Under the pieces are notes generated by a model. It did no database searches. It worked only from the letters and a program-made list of their open reading frames with translations, and was not told where the DNA came from. Of a DNA stretch of 64,000 nt, positions 1 through 14,600 are shown piece after piece. Source of the stretch: Fimbriosthenelais zetlandica (Eukaryota); assembly GCA_977030845.1 (NCBI GenBank), contig OZ365109.1, positions 58,280,001 through 58,344,000 on the forward strand, in the 5' to 3' direction. Made by a program: the position numbers and the translations under genes. How positions within the stretch are numbered: the first letter of the stretch is position 1; the number at the start of each line of letters is the position of its first letter.

Positions 1-2658
1 CCCCGTCTCCATCAAATAGTGGTGTGACTTTACAGGTAGGCACAGTCCGACTCACTTCAGCTTCGGTTTGCATCTGACCCGCCACTGAGGGTAGCGTATT
101 AGACCGAGATCCAGTGGGCACCGTTGGTGTGGCCACAGGAATGGGCCCCTGTCTCCGGTAAGTGGGAGGTGAGCGGGACCTAGACCTTGATTTGGGTGCT
201 GAGCTAGGTCGAGATAAGGAGTGATTGGACCTTGCTGCTGAGGGTGACCTTGATCTCGATCTTGGCCTGGGTAGAGGTGGTGACCTGTGATGTTCATACA
301 TTTGTGGCGTATCGGGCGTGACGTTAATGACGGGCACGCTTGATGCTTCCCTCATTCGACCAACGTCAGGGTCGTCATGGTAAGGTGCCATGTTCATTTT
401 TTGCGGTTCAATATGCACATTAGGCTGGGCAAGAGGAGTGCGCGAATCCTCCTTGGCTTTCTCGAGCTTCTCCCTGCGCTTCCGGCGCATTTTAAAGCAC
501 CTCACCATAATAAGTCCTATGATGACTAGTACAGTGATCACAGACACCAAGATGATGACAATGAGTCGGTCCAGGTAGTACTGAGGGGTGGTGGTAGGCT
601 CAGTCTTACCACCACCTATAGGAGGAGGTGTATTGTAGGCCTCTGTAGGCTTGGGTTTCTTAGTACCTGGTTGTTCCCCATCCGGCCTGCCCCCTACCAC
701 TGGTTTAGTATCAGGTTCATTGACTCCAGGTGGAGGAATACCCTTGAGGCGGATATAATAAGTATTATTGGCAGGCTGACTGTTATCAGCTGTTAATCTA
801 TAAGTAAAGCTATCAGTTCTGTCATGACTGGCATTGGATGGATTAGGTTTATAGAATACATGTCTATCCATGATGTCCTGGTGGGTGAAATTAGTCGCCT
901 CCACCTCCTCCAACTCTTCCATCTCCTCGCGACCTCGGCCACGACCTTTTTTGCGTTTTCTAGCAGCTTCACGTTTCCCTCGGGAATTCTCCTCAACCTC
1001 CATTTGTTTCACTTTCTTCCACAGCTTTCCAAGCATGGGCGGTTTTAATATTTTATACTTGGGGATACTGCCCGAGCTGGTGGCTAGATCACTAGCATCT
1101 AATACATCTGAGGATAATATGAGAGTGCCCCCCTGACGGGCATTCATCAATTTTTGTTTCACACGTGCTTTGATTGAGACATTCAATCTCTGATTTCGCA
1201 ACATGTTCTGACTGTCATAGACAATAAATTCAAAATAATCCTCTCCAGATGACATATCTGTCTGGATGTATGTAATTTCTGATTTATCAACGTTTCTCTG
1301 ACTAAACTGATACACAGGGTGATCTCGCATATAAAGCTGACCGAATGAGGGAGGCTTGGTAACATTGTACATGATCTTCTCCCTCCTCCCATTCGTTTCC
1401 ACTTGGATATGCTCAGGAGTGAGAAAGACCGACGAGTGTCCCTGGAGCATCGTAATGGAGGAGGTGTTCATGAGCTCCAAGGTGAGAGGGTCAACAAAGA
1501 TGTTGAAGACTTTGAAATAAGGTTTGAATTTGCCATCAGTGACATGGAAATAGAACGCGCCATTCTCCATGCTCCCATCCTGCACGAATATAACCTCATC
1601 GTCATTGACATCCTTTTGAGTGAATGTCCTAACAGCTTTGTCAGGATTTCGGGCCAGGACCACAATACCATTGGCAGGTTCGTTGATGATCCGGTAGATG
1701 ATCCCTTCAGGCGGGGTGTCAGGGTCAATAGTATTGAGCTGCTCACGTGTAATTGGGGCTGTGAAGCCCTGAACCAGCCTTATTTCTGGGGCCTTGGTGA
1801 GCAGCTTGAACTCCTGGTCATTCACCGGTTCAATAGTGATGTTGAAAACATTGCTCAGACCGGAGGGTTTGGTATCACGGTCCTCATTAGCTCCCCCTGT
1901 CACCTCCACTTCAACACTGTATTTGAAAGCATCCCACAGTGTGTCTGAATGGTCATGTGTGTATTGAAGTTTACCTCTGTTGACATCTTTCTGGGTAAAC
2001 GTAGTACCAGCTGTTGCGTTCACATCATCCACAATCAGTACCCCGTGCATTGGAGGTTCACTGATTGCGTAGTGAACTTCTGGATCACGAAGCCCGCTGC
2101 TGGAGAGCCGGCGTCGCAACATGGACAGATCCAGATTGGCCTTCCCGAGAGTCACTGATCCGCCTTCAGGCACTTGTAGACTTGCAGACTGTATGAGTTG
2201 ATCCTTGTTATTATCATTGATGTTCTCATAGGAGATGGCAATCTTAAAGGCCTTGAAGGTGAGGCTTTGTGCATAAGCCGTGCTCACGTCAAAGGTGAAA
2301 GAATCCTCTTGAGACCAGGACCCCATGGGAGCGTTGTGCTCATAAGCTACCTTACCACTGTCAATATCAGCCTGAGTGAAGGTCACCACCTCTGAGGTAG
2401 TGTTACCGGCCCACACCAGCTTGCCATTCTGTGGTTTAGTCTGCAGGGTGAAAGTAATGGGTCTAAATTGATGCTCGTCATTGGTTTTGGCCATGAGAAT
2501 GTCGGGGCTGATGAGCTGGAGGATACCAGGGTAGGCGTCCAGGACGTTCATCTTCTCCAGGGTTAAGACCAGTGGTTTGGATTCAATCTCAAACTTCTCT
2601 CTCTTCCCATGGTTGACTCCATCATTGACAATGAATGAAAATCCCCCACGGTTGGAAC
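1..2658 (-). CDS. CSPG4: CSPG4/NG2/Kon-tiki-like proteoglycan, 3' coding exon (end of CSPG repeat 10, repeats 11-15, TM helix, cytoplasmic tail); runs off the window start with no stop codon
   Basis: Acceptor ttctccttgcag|GTTCC (AG at 2660-2659). Manual translation is open from 2656 to 2: SNRGGFSFIVNDG...TFTQADIDSG...TFTQKDVNRG...TFTQKDVNDD...QFSQRNV...NFTHQDI. TM LIVIILVSVITVLVIIGLIMV at 503-565, followed by the basic stop-transfer RCFKMRRKRR; tail ends ...EVSRTVPTCKVTPLFDGDG. Absent from the ORF track, probably because it has no stop in the window. Confidence 0.95.
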
Positions 2659-5600
2659 CTGCAAGGAGAATGAGATGTCAGCATTAGGGAAAGGCCACAA
2701 ATGTCAACACGGTACATGTACATTATACCATCGAAAAAGCTAAAGTATCATTTAAAAACCAATAACTTAGATTTCCCCGAGGGGTTTCAAGTAGTTTGAA
2801 TATCCTTGTTCCAAACATGACACAAAATTAGATGAGAAACCCGGCTGAAAAAGAACGGCAATATTTGCCACTTTGGCAAACATTGTTTTTGTATTTTGTA
2901 TTACACTATAGGGTATAGATCGATTGATAATCAGTGTACATGTACTTTTTACTTGATGTAGATATTATTGGCACACAAAAGTGTTAGCACGTGTGTCGAC
3001 GAGTGAAGAAAGCGTGAAGGAAGTCTCACATTTTCTATCTCTTGTCACATCCTCACATCACTTTGATCCTTACATCATTATCAAGCCCATGTTTTCCCAT
3101 CTTGGGTCACTCTCCAAAGCATCAGAGACATAATTTACACTGGCCTAATCAAGCAAAATACCCAGGTGGCCTGGAAATCAATGTCAACCCGTTGCCTTGT
3201 ATAATCACACGCCAATTGCAACTCAACCTTATCATGGCGACAAAAAAGAAAGGCCTCCCTCCCTCTGCTTCAACACGGATGATCAATAGGTTTGACACGC
3301 AAATCACAAATGTGACAAGCCAAGAGAGACTGGGGCATTACAGGCCCGAACTTCCTCCTCTCTTCCCTTCCCTCCACAGTTCCTTCTTCTTCCCCTAACA
3401 GATTCTACTATAGTAGGAAGCACAATGTACATTATCCAACATGTACATGTATGGGGTCTATTGTCTATTCCAAAAACGTTTCTTAATAATTATTATAATA
3501 TTTCACCTCGACTTTTATGTTTTTTTCTGTAGTCAAATTGCAAAGACTCGATCATTTTTTCCTTAGATTGAGGTTCATCTGAATAGGCTGTAATATGTAC
3601 ATGGGATAATCTTCCTAAATTACTCCGAATAAAATTGGGAGTACTTTTGCTGGACTGTTACTCATCTTTGATAGTATCATATTGCACTATAATATACATG
3701 AAGCAAGAACAAATCATCTGGTAATATTTAAGAGATTGAGACAAAATGAACTGACGGAAGTTTGGTTGAGAGAAGATATTGATGAGAGAAAATGATGAAG
3801 ACCAGGATCTTCATTATAGAGTCAGTAGTAGGAGAAGTAACTCTACCCCACATTGGGTGTCAACTGACAGCCACCTATTATATTGAAAGCCATCTCCGAT
3901 GTCATATTCTGTAATTCCTGTAAAGAGTATTTCAGTTGGATTTTGCATCAACATGAGCATCGACACAATGTGTTGTTCTATTATTTTCAGCTAAAAAGTT
4001 CCACATTATTCATATCTATCACAAAGACAATCCATCTATCTAAAGACAATGTTAACACATACAGTGGGAGGCATATTTGTCCATTTGTTACCTAGGATTA
4101 GTAGGAAAGACAGTGGAAATTTTAGGAATATCTGGCTGAATGTGTTGAAACTATAGGGAATTTCACTGGAGCTCTATATACATGTATGTTAGGCGGGTCA
4201 GTCCTTTGACAGGGGTCCAGACAGATTACTTTTTGAGCAACAAAATCTCCCAGCCCCCACCCCACCCCTTAATTCGAAAAATTATATCTTAGATTCCAGG
4301 GTGCATTAAAACTCATTTTATATTATAAATAAGCATTATTGGTCAGCCCAGCTTCCTTCTTTACGCGAGAGGCAGGCCCCATTGCTTTTCTGGTCATTAG
4401 TCAACGATCTGCCCACATCTGCTCAGAAGTGAGTACAGTCGTTATGAACTGCTCATGACCACACCTGCTCCCCCGAACACGCCATTTTCTTCTCTTCTTC
4501 TCCCAGTAATCAACGTCTTATGGTGATGATTCCCCTCCATTTTTTAATATCAGCCCTGTCGGGGGGAGGTATATTGGATCGTGGATATTAGAAATATTTT
4601 GGATAGTTGGGAACATTGAAATTATGATCGGAGGACCTCTGAATTGAAGTCAAATTACCTACTGCCTCAGCCAATGACCCCACACTCATAAAATATAGTT
4701 CTGGAAAAGATGAAACAATGAAAATGCATGTAAGAAAAATGGAGGATATCAATAACACTTGGCTATTATTCTGAAGGGTAGCTAGGAACTTGAGCCTAAC
4801 TTACTAAATATACACTTTAAGTATTGATTACAACACAAAGAAAAACTGTCGATCGCATGTCTGGGGAAGGCGTAGGTGTACCAGCCTGACCACTTATCAT
4901 GAGGGCCAGGGTCATTAATCTTCATGAATCTCAACTCTAGACTTCAGGCTACTGCAACACACAAATCCAATATGCTTCTTAGGGCCATATTCACTTGCTC
5001 TTTAACAGCCCTCTATAACCCCCATAACAAACCTTTTTATATTATGTTCACAAGGTGATTCAAAATGAATAAGGAAAATGGATAATTTAATGAGATGTGA
5101 CCGGCATGAATAATAGGTTGGAACCTTAATATGAGCTCTGCTGACACCGGAGCGAATGAGCCTGATTTGAAAAATATTTCAGGCAAGGTCAACATTTTAA
5201 TCACAATTTCTGTATTTGTAGCCGAGGAAAGAAGTGCATATAAATTCCTAAGCAATTCCTGGGAACACACAGGTTCCTGACCCGGCTAAACAATCAGGCT
5301 TTTTCTCTCAGCCTCGCGGAAGTGCCAAGATGGATGCTGGTATTTTTGCAGAGGCTGGGCCAAAGAGTTAAAGTTAGTGGCAACATTTTGCTTAGTACCT
5401 GGCCCAGTGCTGGCAATACATTCAGCCAGTGGTGAGACAGGTAAGGGCGGAAATGTCCCCCTGCTTCTGTCTGTGCCACAATGCGGCCAGAGGAAGAAGC
5501 TTTATGGCAGGTGACTTTCTACCCATCCTCATCAGATGTATAGCATAGCTTTAATGGTCAGTTCCAAGGCTTGACCACTGCCTTGACCACTCGGTAGCAA

Positions 5601-8600
5601 CACCCCATTTCCCGTCATTATAGCTGAACTAAATTAAAGCTGCATAAACTCTTCTTTTGGGTGTTTTTGGTGGCTTATATGTACCATCAACATGAAAGGT
5701 AACATTATGTGCACAAATACCAAGATATACTGCTTACCTACTTTAGTATTTGGCCTGTAAATGATCGGAAGCCATACGGCTGCAATGTTTGTTTGAAAAC
5801 AGGCTCTATAGAAATTCTAATTAAAACAAACCTATATCAGGGTCTCTTATCTAGCCTCTTACATCAATCAAACGCCTTCAAGGGGGTCAACAACCTCAGG
5901 TAATTTCTCAACTCTTTTTTTAACAATGCCATTTACAGTACGGAGCAGTGAACGCGAGCCGGTGACGATTAGTGCCATATCCACCCCGATTACACCTGTC
6001 ATTTGTCAGGGGAGAGGGAGAGGGGTGTTGGTGAGGGATTACAACTAGACAGCAGTCAGCCTCACCACTTCAATGGCTCCTCTCCATTCACGGGCATAGC
6101 CAGAGAGGGGAAGGGCAAGGGCCCACCTACACCCAAAGAGGTTATGTATTGTCTTTTAAAACTATACTAGGTTCCTAAGTGTTGGGGGAGGGGGGTGCAA
6201 AAATCATGAACGATTACTTTGGTTGACAGTATGACAGTGGGCCTAAAACAGAACCGTGTGGGACGCAAGTACAATGTATACTAATGTTCATTGGGTCATA
6301 TTAGGTGTCATTAGAAAAGAATTTGCGTCTAAGACCTGATAGGGCTTACATAGCTTCAGAAATAATAAGGAGGTGTTAGCGTTATCAGTTGTATTAAAGT
6401 ATATCCAGATGGACTGTCAAACGCTTTTCTAAAGTCTACAAATCTGAAAACCTGTGTCATTTCTCTTTTTTTGAGGAGTGTTAGAGGTATGGTCCCTATT
6501 GGAATAGATGATGTGTAATGGACTATGAAGTACCGACCTCCATGCCTCTGCCATTAATGACACCTGTAGGGGTTTTCTGTGGTTCTGCGTTTTCTCGGCC
6601 CAGCCCACTACGCCCCAATATATTCCCCCACACCTCTCTTTCTAAAAAAATACTTTTCGTATACCAACTCTGATTCATTTCCTATAGAAACCCCCCACAT
6701 ATCATCCAATAACACTGATGGGTCTTAACGATCCATACATGTAAGTAGAGGCAAGGAGTCATACATGTCTGAAGTCAAAATAATGTTGATCATTTGCTTA
6801 TTTCTGAAGTGCAGGTGACACTTACATGTGACACTAAATACTGTAGATGACACAACCGACTGACAGAGGCGGCTACAAGGGTAAGCTTCTGAAATGAATT
6901 GCTTTGAGGTATACTGCCTTAGAGATGTTCTAAGAAAGATGGTTGATTTCTCTATAGCTTTGTTCTATCTTACTTTTTGATCTTGAATACAGATCAATAA
7001 TCTGATCAAAGCTTTAACAGTTTTGGAATACATGTATAGCAATTTTTAAAAAAGATTACATTACATTACAGAATGTATGAACAATTGTTAAATGTATAGT
7101 AATCACTGTACCACAAAGCACTATATGTTGTATAAACCAGACAATAGCAAAAACCATTGTGTACCAAATTACCTACTTCTTTGGAACAGTACCATCGAAA
7201 AGTGTAGTTTTTAAGAATGTTAGACCTCAGTGTATTTGGTCTGTGCAATAATACTTGCAGCATAAACTACAGATTCAATCTTCGGTCCGAGCCTCCCTCG
7301 TGAAAAGGTCAAATCATTGGGCATACGTATGAGAGATGTATGTAGCCATTCATGGGTATAAGTCGGGAGTGACGGGTATATATTGAGCCTTAATAACTAT
7401 GGGCCTCAAGCTAGCTGTGGCTAGACAGTCACTCATTAATTATTAGGGGGCATAAAAACGGGCAAGCTCCCTATTAAATTTTAGTAGGAAGTGAGTGTAA
7501 TGTATAGAAGAACATGGCGGCTTGGTTCTTCATCAGTGAAGGCCAGAGGCAATCAGCAAGCTGCGAGGGAGAGGGGTAAAGTCGGGATTAGAGATGTGAA
7601 AGGGAAGGGAAGAAAAGGTAGGATTATAGAGAGAAAAACGAAGGGTGGGGCAGGGACATGCAGAAGCAGGAGCAGACAATGTACATATCAGGGGCAAGAT
7701 AAGGAACAGCTGAAGAGAAGACAAAATGTTCACAATATCTACTTCTGCTCTATATCTAAATGCAGTTCTACCCTACATCCCACGCACAATGCCCAGCCTT
7801 CACACATCATACGAGTAAATGAACAGAAATAATGTCTATTTAAGATAGCGACCATTCTAATATGGGGCGCCCGGTATCTATAGGCCCTCTTTATTCTCCC
7901 CACACCGGGGCCAAGACAATGCATGGGCCATCTTCTGTGAAGCAATAGCGCCTTGTCTTGAGGCAGTGGAACAAGGACAGGGATCTGAAGCCTTGTCTAA
8001 GCATGGCTCTTTAGTGGTGTTAGCAAGCAATATGATCACCTAATGGCAGATCCCAGCAGGAGCAAAGCCAGTAGATGCATTACAGCAAGTGCTAAGAGAA
8101 ATGCCAATGGAGAAATAGTGCTCCCCCTATAATCCTATCCCATTGGGATGAAAGCGTAGGCCACACATCTATACCACAGAGGATGGGTCGCATGGTGAAG
8201 AAAAGAAAGATTCATCAACCCAGATTTCAGCCCAATGATCTTCAACCACAAAGAAACCTATCCATTTATCCACCATGCCTCTGAACTACTCAAATTACCC
8301 TTGCATCAGCTATCATTTAGAGGTGACACTTTAGTGAAAAAAGTTACCCGAGATGTAGTTACACGAGATGTATTTTGCACGCGATGCAATATATTATTAT
8401 TAAACTAGTTTAAAAACGCATTATACTTTTACTATGTGTTAAAAGGCTAATTATAAGATTCGATCGTGATCTAAAGGTAGTTAAATGCTCTTTCCTCTTT
8501 TTTTAAGAATGTTACAACAGGAAACTTTCGATTACCTACAATACAAAATATATTGCTTATGTGTTAGGATGGGATTTGAACGATGTTAAACAACGTGAAA

Positions 8601-11600
8601 TTGATCGAATAAAAAATACAATTGGAGTCAAAAGTAATCATACACCTAAACAAAAAAGTGATGTCCATTTTCGTATCTTTCCTCGACAATAATCATTTTT
8701 CTATTCCTATCATAAGTTACTATTCTCCATTACATATATCCAACTTATTTTGAATGCTGTCATTGTAAAGAATTTTATTCACAATATTGTTGACAAAGGT
8801 CTACACAAGATGATGTACACAGCTTCCTGTAATCCTGAAAATATGCATGATTATTTTCGAGGAAAGATACGAAAATGGACTTCACCTTTTATTCTTCAGG
8901 TGTATGAATACTTTTGACTCTATAATTGTTTTTCATGGTCATACTCTGTAATTGTATTTCATGTTTATTTTTCATGTTCAGGGCAGTAAGAAGAATGCAC
9001 AAACCTCGGTAACGGTCTTGGCATACTGCAAAACAACAGACAATGGTTCCATACACATACAGATTGCTTCTTGTAAAATACCGTATGGCAAGTCCATCAG
9101 CAAGGTTGTAAGAAATGTAGTACTAAGAGCCAAAACAATGGCCAAATATTTCTGCTTTTCTGTTCAGCACAAAACCAGTCCATATCGCTTGCCATTATCA
9201 GGGGACAGACATCAACAGTGACATTATAAAAGAATAAAAAAGTGATTTTAGAAATGTCACAAAAGAAAATGGTGTTCGAAGAAAAGGAGGACATCAAAAT
9301 AAGCAAACATTAGCAGGCAAAATGCAGTAACTTCAAAGTCAGTCAATACTTTCAGATCAATTGTCCCAGTTGTAACCCTTGGGGGTTTCAGGCATTCAAG
9401 GCTAGAATATTTCTTCTCATACAAATATTTTAAATGTTCTATTGTGATGCATTTACATGGAGAAACACTGTTGTGGTTGTGAAGGGAAGGACCAGACCGA
9501 TGACAAACAGGCACATCACGCAAAGTGATCATTCGTCAGAGAAAAATCTAAAAGGTGCTATCAAGTGTACTATCAAGCACAATGTAATGTTTCACATTAT
9601 AGATGGGTGTTGCGTGAGCATTAACAAAATACATGCTTTTACCAGTGAGCTAACAAATATCGTAAACAATTATGTAGCAATGTAGCAAATGCTCCGAGAG
9701 ATCCCTAATAATACAAATTAAAGTCGATTATTTATGAAAACCTGATGAATGTTGATACTGACGTAACTGCCACCTCATTTCTTCGATTAGAGCAAGATGT
9801 ACCATCACAGTGTTCTTGTATTGATATACTTCAACACATGAGATATTATATTTATGCAAGACTACAAAATTGATAGCTTTGTCCGTATAGTCTGTGCCTT
9901 CTCAAAGAAAACCAATGGGGTTTTCTCGGGACTAGGAGCTAATATAAAATGGCAAAACCATAAGAACAAGGTCATTACCTAGGTTCTTCCATTAAGACAA
10001 TAGACAACTATAGTTCAAACCCTCGCCCGATGGCAAAAAACAATTTGTGTTTATACAAAATTATTACAATATATTAGCTCCGTTTATAGAGGCATATATC
10101 AATTTATTAGGCCATATTAATCATATATTGCGTTTTCCTTCTTTCACACTTCAACTAAATTACCAGGGACAACCTTTAAATGACTCTTCCTATGTGTAAA
10201 TATTTAATATTAAGTCCGCCTTTCCTGTACCTAAATCATGTTCAAATAGGTATAATAAACTGTATTTACTCTTGTAGAGGAAAGACAAAATATTATTATA
10301 GAACTGCATCTAGTTAATAAACCCCACTGTCAAGAGTAATTCAATTTGCATTGTATATTCGATTCCTCTATATTAGGAAGATGAATTATTCGCTCTTTTT
10401 CTCCTTTATCAAAAGCCTTTCCAATCTCTGTGCTTGATGTCCTCCAGGAAATTGAATACATTGATGGTAATAAACATCGAGGCTGAGTTATCAGTCATAA
10501 AAGAATACCTACCTCTAATACAAAGTCTTTCATGGCAGGCAAGGCTTGTGATAATTCTGAATGACAGAAGTCGCTTTGGCTTGTGTTTAGCAACATAGCA
10601 ATTGTGACATTAAAAATTCTATTCCTGCATGAATGCATTAAAGCATGGCTCTTCTAATTGGATTTTCCATCAGATGGCAAACAGATTTCCATTTCTTCCA
10701 TCACATAGAATCTCCTAATTCATGCATTTTTTGTCTTTCATCAGGGTGTATACAAGCAGGACAAATATACTTCAATCATTAGAAGGGATAAGTCTCCATT
10801 CAAATGTCTCTGCCACTAGATTTGGCCAGCAAGCATGTCTCGACCCATGATTTCTAGCCACCACTTTTAAACGAAATTCAGCACCTGTAGAGAAGGGCCC
10901 TTACTGCATGGGAACGCAGTTGCATGTGGCAGGAATAAAAGAGAATTTTTGTAGGGAAAGTGAAAGGTAGAAGATGTAGAGAGAATGCCTGACTTTCATG
11001 TTGGTGTGGGGAATCCATGCGGTTGTTATGGTGATATAACAGAAGCCCATTGACATGTCACCTGATGCCACATTGACTGGCAATGGCCTTGGGCGGATGT
11101 GGCTTTGCTTACTGGAGCCATTTGAAATGACAGCCACAGGCTTTGTGTTAAGCACTTGGTCTTGCGTGGAGGGAACCTGTTTATCCAGCTCTGGTGCTTT
11201 ACACTGCTTACACAAACAATGCCTCCTCCTTCCCCCCATTGTGATAATCATGTACAGTCATGATCTGAGCATGATTAGCATGTAGCATCTCAAAAAGAAG
11301 GGAAGATGTTTAGGTGACAGAGAATATGTCCATACAGTATGTATAGAAATCTCCTTTCAGATTTTTTTTCATTTTACATGTCACAAGGATAGGTTACATG
11401 ATGTATGTGTGCATGTACCAGTGTTACTTTCGTTATACATGTATAGCTTTTGTAAGATGATTCCTTACAGGAATAGTGATATTTCCATGTAATACACGTT
11501 ACTTTCATAGGAATTCACCCAAAAGAGCTTGGGTGTCCATTTTGTAGGCCGTGGATTCTATCTGCAGGTGATTTTTTTTTGGTTCAATTAGAATTTTTAC

Positions 11601-14600
11601 TAAACATAACACACCATACTACTTAATTTACTGACTTTCTTGAAATGGCGGAGCATGAAAAAAAAATGTCTTACCTATATAATTATAGCCTATAATTTTT
11701 TTTTTCAACATTTTCAAATATAATTTATACTTTAATACCCTTTATTTCATGGAAAGAACATAGTAAATCTATGTCAAAGGCCTACTATGTTTAAATATAT
11801 AGGCAGAAACTGGGGAGTATTACTCGGAGAAGTGTTGATGTTGATGTTCCTTTCAGTTTTCTTCACAGAGACTTGCCGCTTGTATGGACTATTAGAGGAG
11901 GCGAGCATCACTCCTTGTTTTTATTGAAGCTAAGTGCTGAAGGGGGAATACTTGTATACAGTATGGCAGACTGGTAATGGATTGGATATCCACTCATATG
12001 TAAGATATACATGTACTTATTCCATATGAGCAAACAATGGACAACATGAAGAGTCATTTTAGCTTAGCTTAGATTTTTATGACGGTGCCTAAGTTACTGT
12101 TTCATAAAAAAAGAGTGACTGCTGCAGTACATGCAAGTACAAGAAATAATCATATAAAGGGGCCTAATGCAGGCTATGAATAATTATAATCTACAAACAA
12201 TGCTTTGTTTTATGTTGGAGAAAATCAATTGCTTCGAAATTAAATTGATAAGTTGATTAATTCAAATGAGTTGATGAAATGTAATGAGTTGAAACAGAAC
12301 TGAATAATGTATAGAATTGTACACGCTACATTTTCTTCATACCAGATTTTCATAAACGAAGAACATAGAATGTCATATTAATTATATCCCTTAAAATGAC
12401 TTGAAATGTCAAAACCGCAATTGCACTCTCATGTGACGTCATCTGCCGACATTGGCAAATATATCACCAAGACACTTGAGCCAAAATCACACGCCCGTGC
12501 AATTTAACTAATCTGATTGAACCGATTTACAGCACAGAGCACAACACACATGTAGGCCTGTGTAATAATAGTAACAATGTGACGCCTGGTCCTAAATACA
12601 ATTGGAGAAGTAACTATTAGTCAGAGCTGAGAATTTTAAGAGCTTCAGTGCTAACAAAGTTCCACTAAAACTACACCGCCCACGAGTACGGTTTTTACGT
12701 GGTGAGACCATATTGATACTAAAGAGGGAAGAGTAAACTGGGTCTCGTTGCCCTTCTATAGAGTCTAGAGACTCTAACTAGTTATACAATGTATCACTGT
12801 ATTTGAAAACGCTAAAGCTCTAGCGTCCAATGAAAATAGGCCTACCTATATAGAAAGTCACATTTTGAAAAAAAAGAGTTAATATCTTTATCGGTTTTTC
12901 GGAATGCAACCAGCTCATATATTAATGCACCAACTTTTAGTACAATACCCCATGTATAAGTGCCTTTGACTGATAATTCTTGAATTTTAAACTTCAAAGG
13001 AACTTCAAGGGTTGTACAAGGGAAGACAAGGAGTGCATAGCTGTTGTAAAGCAAATCGTGAACTAACTGCCCTTTCAGTCTGACATCCAAGTTTCCTCTG
13101 GGGACACTGACCAGTGCTACAGCATAGGCAATCCAATTTCTCCAAGGAATCAATTAAAATAGCACTTCCAGCCTAAGGTTGCCAAAGTTCAGGCTAGAAT
13201 TTGATAGCTGTGATTTGCACTGCACTCTAGGGCGGGACACTATCTAATACCATCGACCAACAAGCGTTAGCAATGATTTATTTGGTCTCAAATGAATTCA
13301 CGTCCGTTTATGCTTCTGGTTTATTTGCTTCTTGGGAGTAAGAAATAACATTTGAAAACCACTTCCAACAAAGGCTTTTGTTGGTCACTGGCTTATTTTG
13401 GTTAGCATCAGACACTCCTTTTCAAAGTTCACAATGGGAAAAAGAGTAATTAATAGCCTTCCTAAAGGATAACTTTGATAGAATTTACGATTAGCCGGCT
13501 TTTTGGAAATTCAATCTCTTGTGATCAAGTCTCCGCCTTGAAACGTTTTCATTTTAACAGGGATTGTATTTCAGAAATCACCATTCTCTTTAGAAACAAG
13601 AAATTGAAAAGAAACATGAAAATTCTCATTAAAGTTTGGGGCAGTGTCTGCATAGTTTCCTTAATTATTTAAACCGAAGCAACATTATCCTCTGACAAAA
13701 CAGATTAAATATCATATCAATTATGTTTTTTCATTAAATTTCAATAAGACAAACATTAAATAATTCTTCTCGACGAGTGGTTTAGCAATATCCATATTTA
13801 GAATTACGGGCCCTTAAATAAAAGTTTCAAGAAATAGTAAGGATAACAAAATTATAGACGCATCATACACTCCACACATTTGTTCACCTTTTTAGATACA
13901 TCTTAAGGCAACCTCCGTTGGTATATTTGTCTGGCTGTAGCACTATATAAGTAGTAAAGCCACTCAGCAAAATCCTACGTCACGATTAACCTGGCGGGTA
14001 TAGCTAACCACCCATGTGTACTATGCCCGCCACCTTGGAGAAAGACCTTGAGAATTCACCTCCCCACCAATTCAGGATCTGAATGTCTAGGAAAAAAATC
14101 TGAAACTTGAATGAAAAAGGCCTAACAAATTTCACCAAAGTTGGGCAACTTCAAGATTTGGGAGATGGGGAGGTAGATCAGTGAAGGGTTGCTTTAGTCT
14201 TTTCATGGAGAATTCATTGCCCTAATAGCAGCAAAGATATGTCAAACAGCACGAGCAATCACCATTAGCTCGGCTGAGCAGCTCAAGTGGCGAATAACTC
14301 GTGGTCATTTGCTCGCCAACAGGCACAAACCTGGCGAATACCCGAGGGACCTTAAGTCAGGATTGCTTCTATATCTACCAACCCAATAACCTGGCAATTG
14401 GTTGGGGCTGGGGGAATGGAAGACCAGTTGGTTGGGCGGAGGAGTAGGGCGGGGGGAATGCAGGACACCAGCAGGCCCCCTTGAAAAATGGCATCCCCCT
14501 GAGCTATAGCGTCTGATGAAAGAGGGGGTTGGGATAGTGACACTTAATGAACTGGCCAGGGGCTGGAAATATGGAAGGTTAGGGGATGAGGGGGGATGTG

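Noticed and set aside
1403-1948. 181-aa plus-strand ORF, and the many short ORFs overlapping the CSPG4 exons (e.g. 24866-25252, 25298-25645)
   Set aside because: Antisense or alternative-frame shadows of the real coding frame, with no recognisable motifs.
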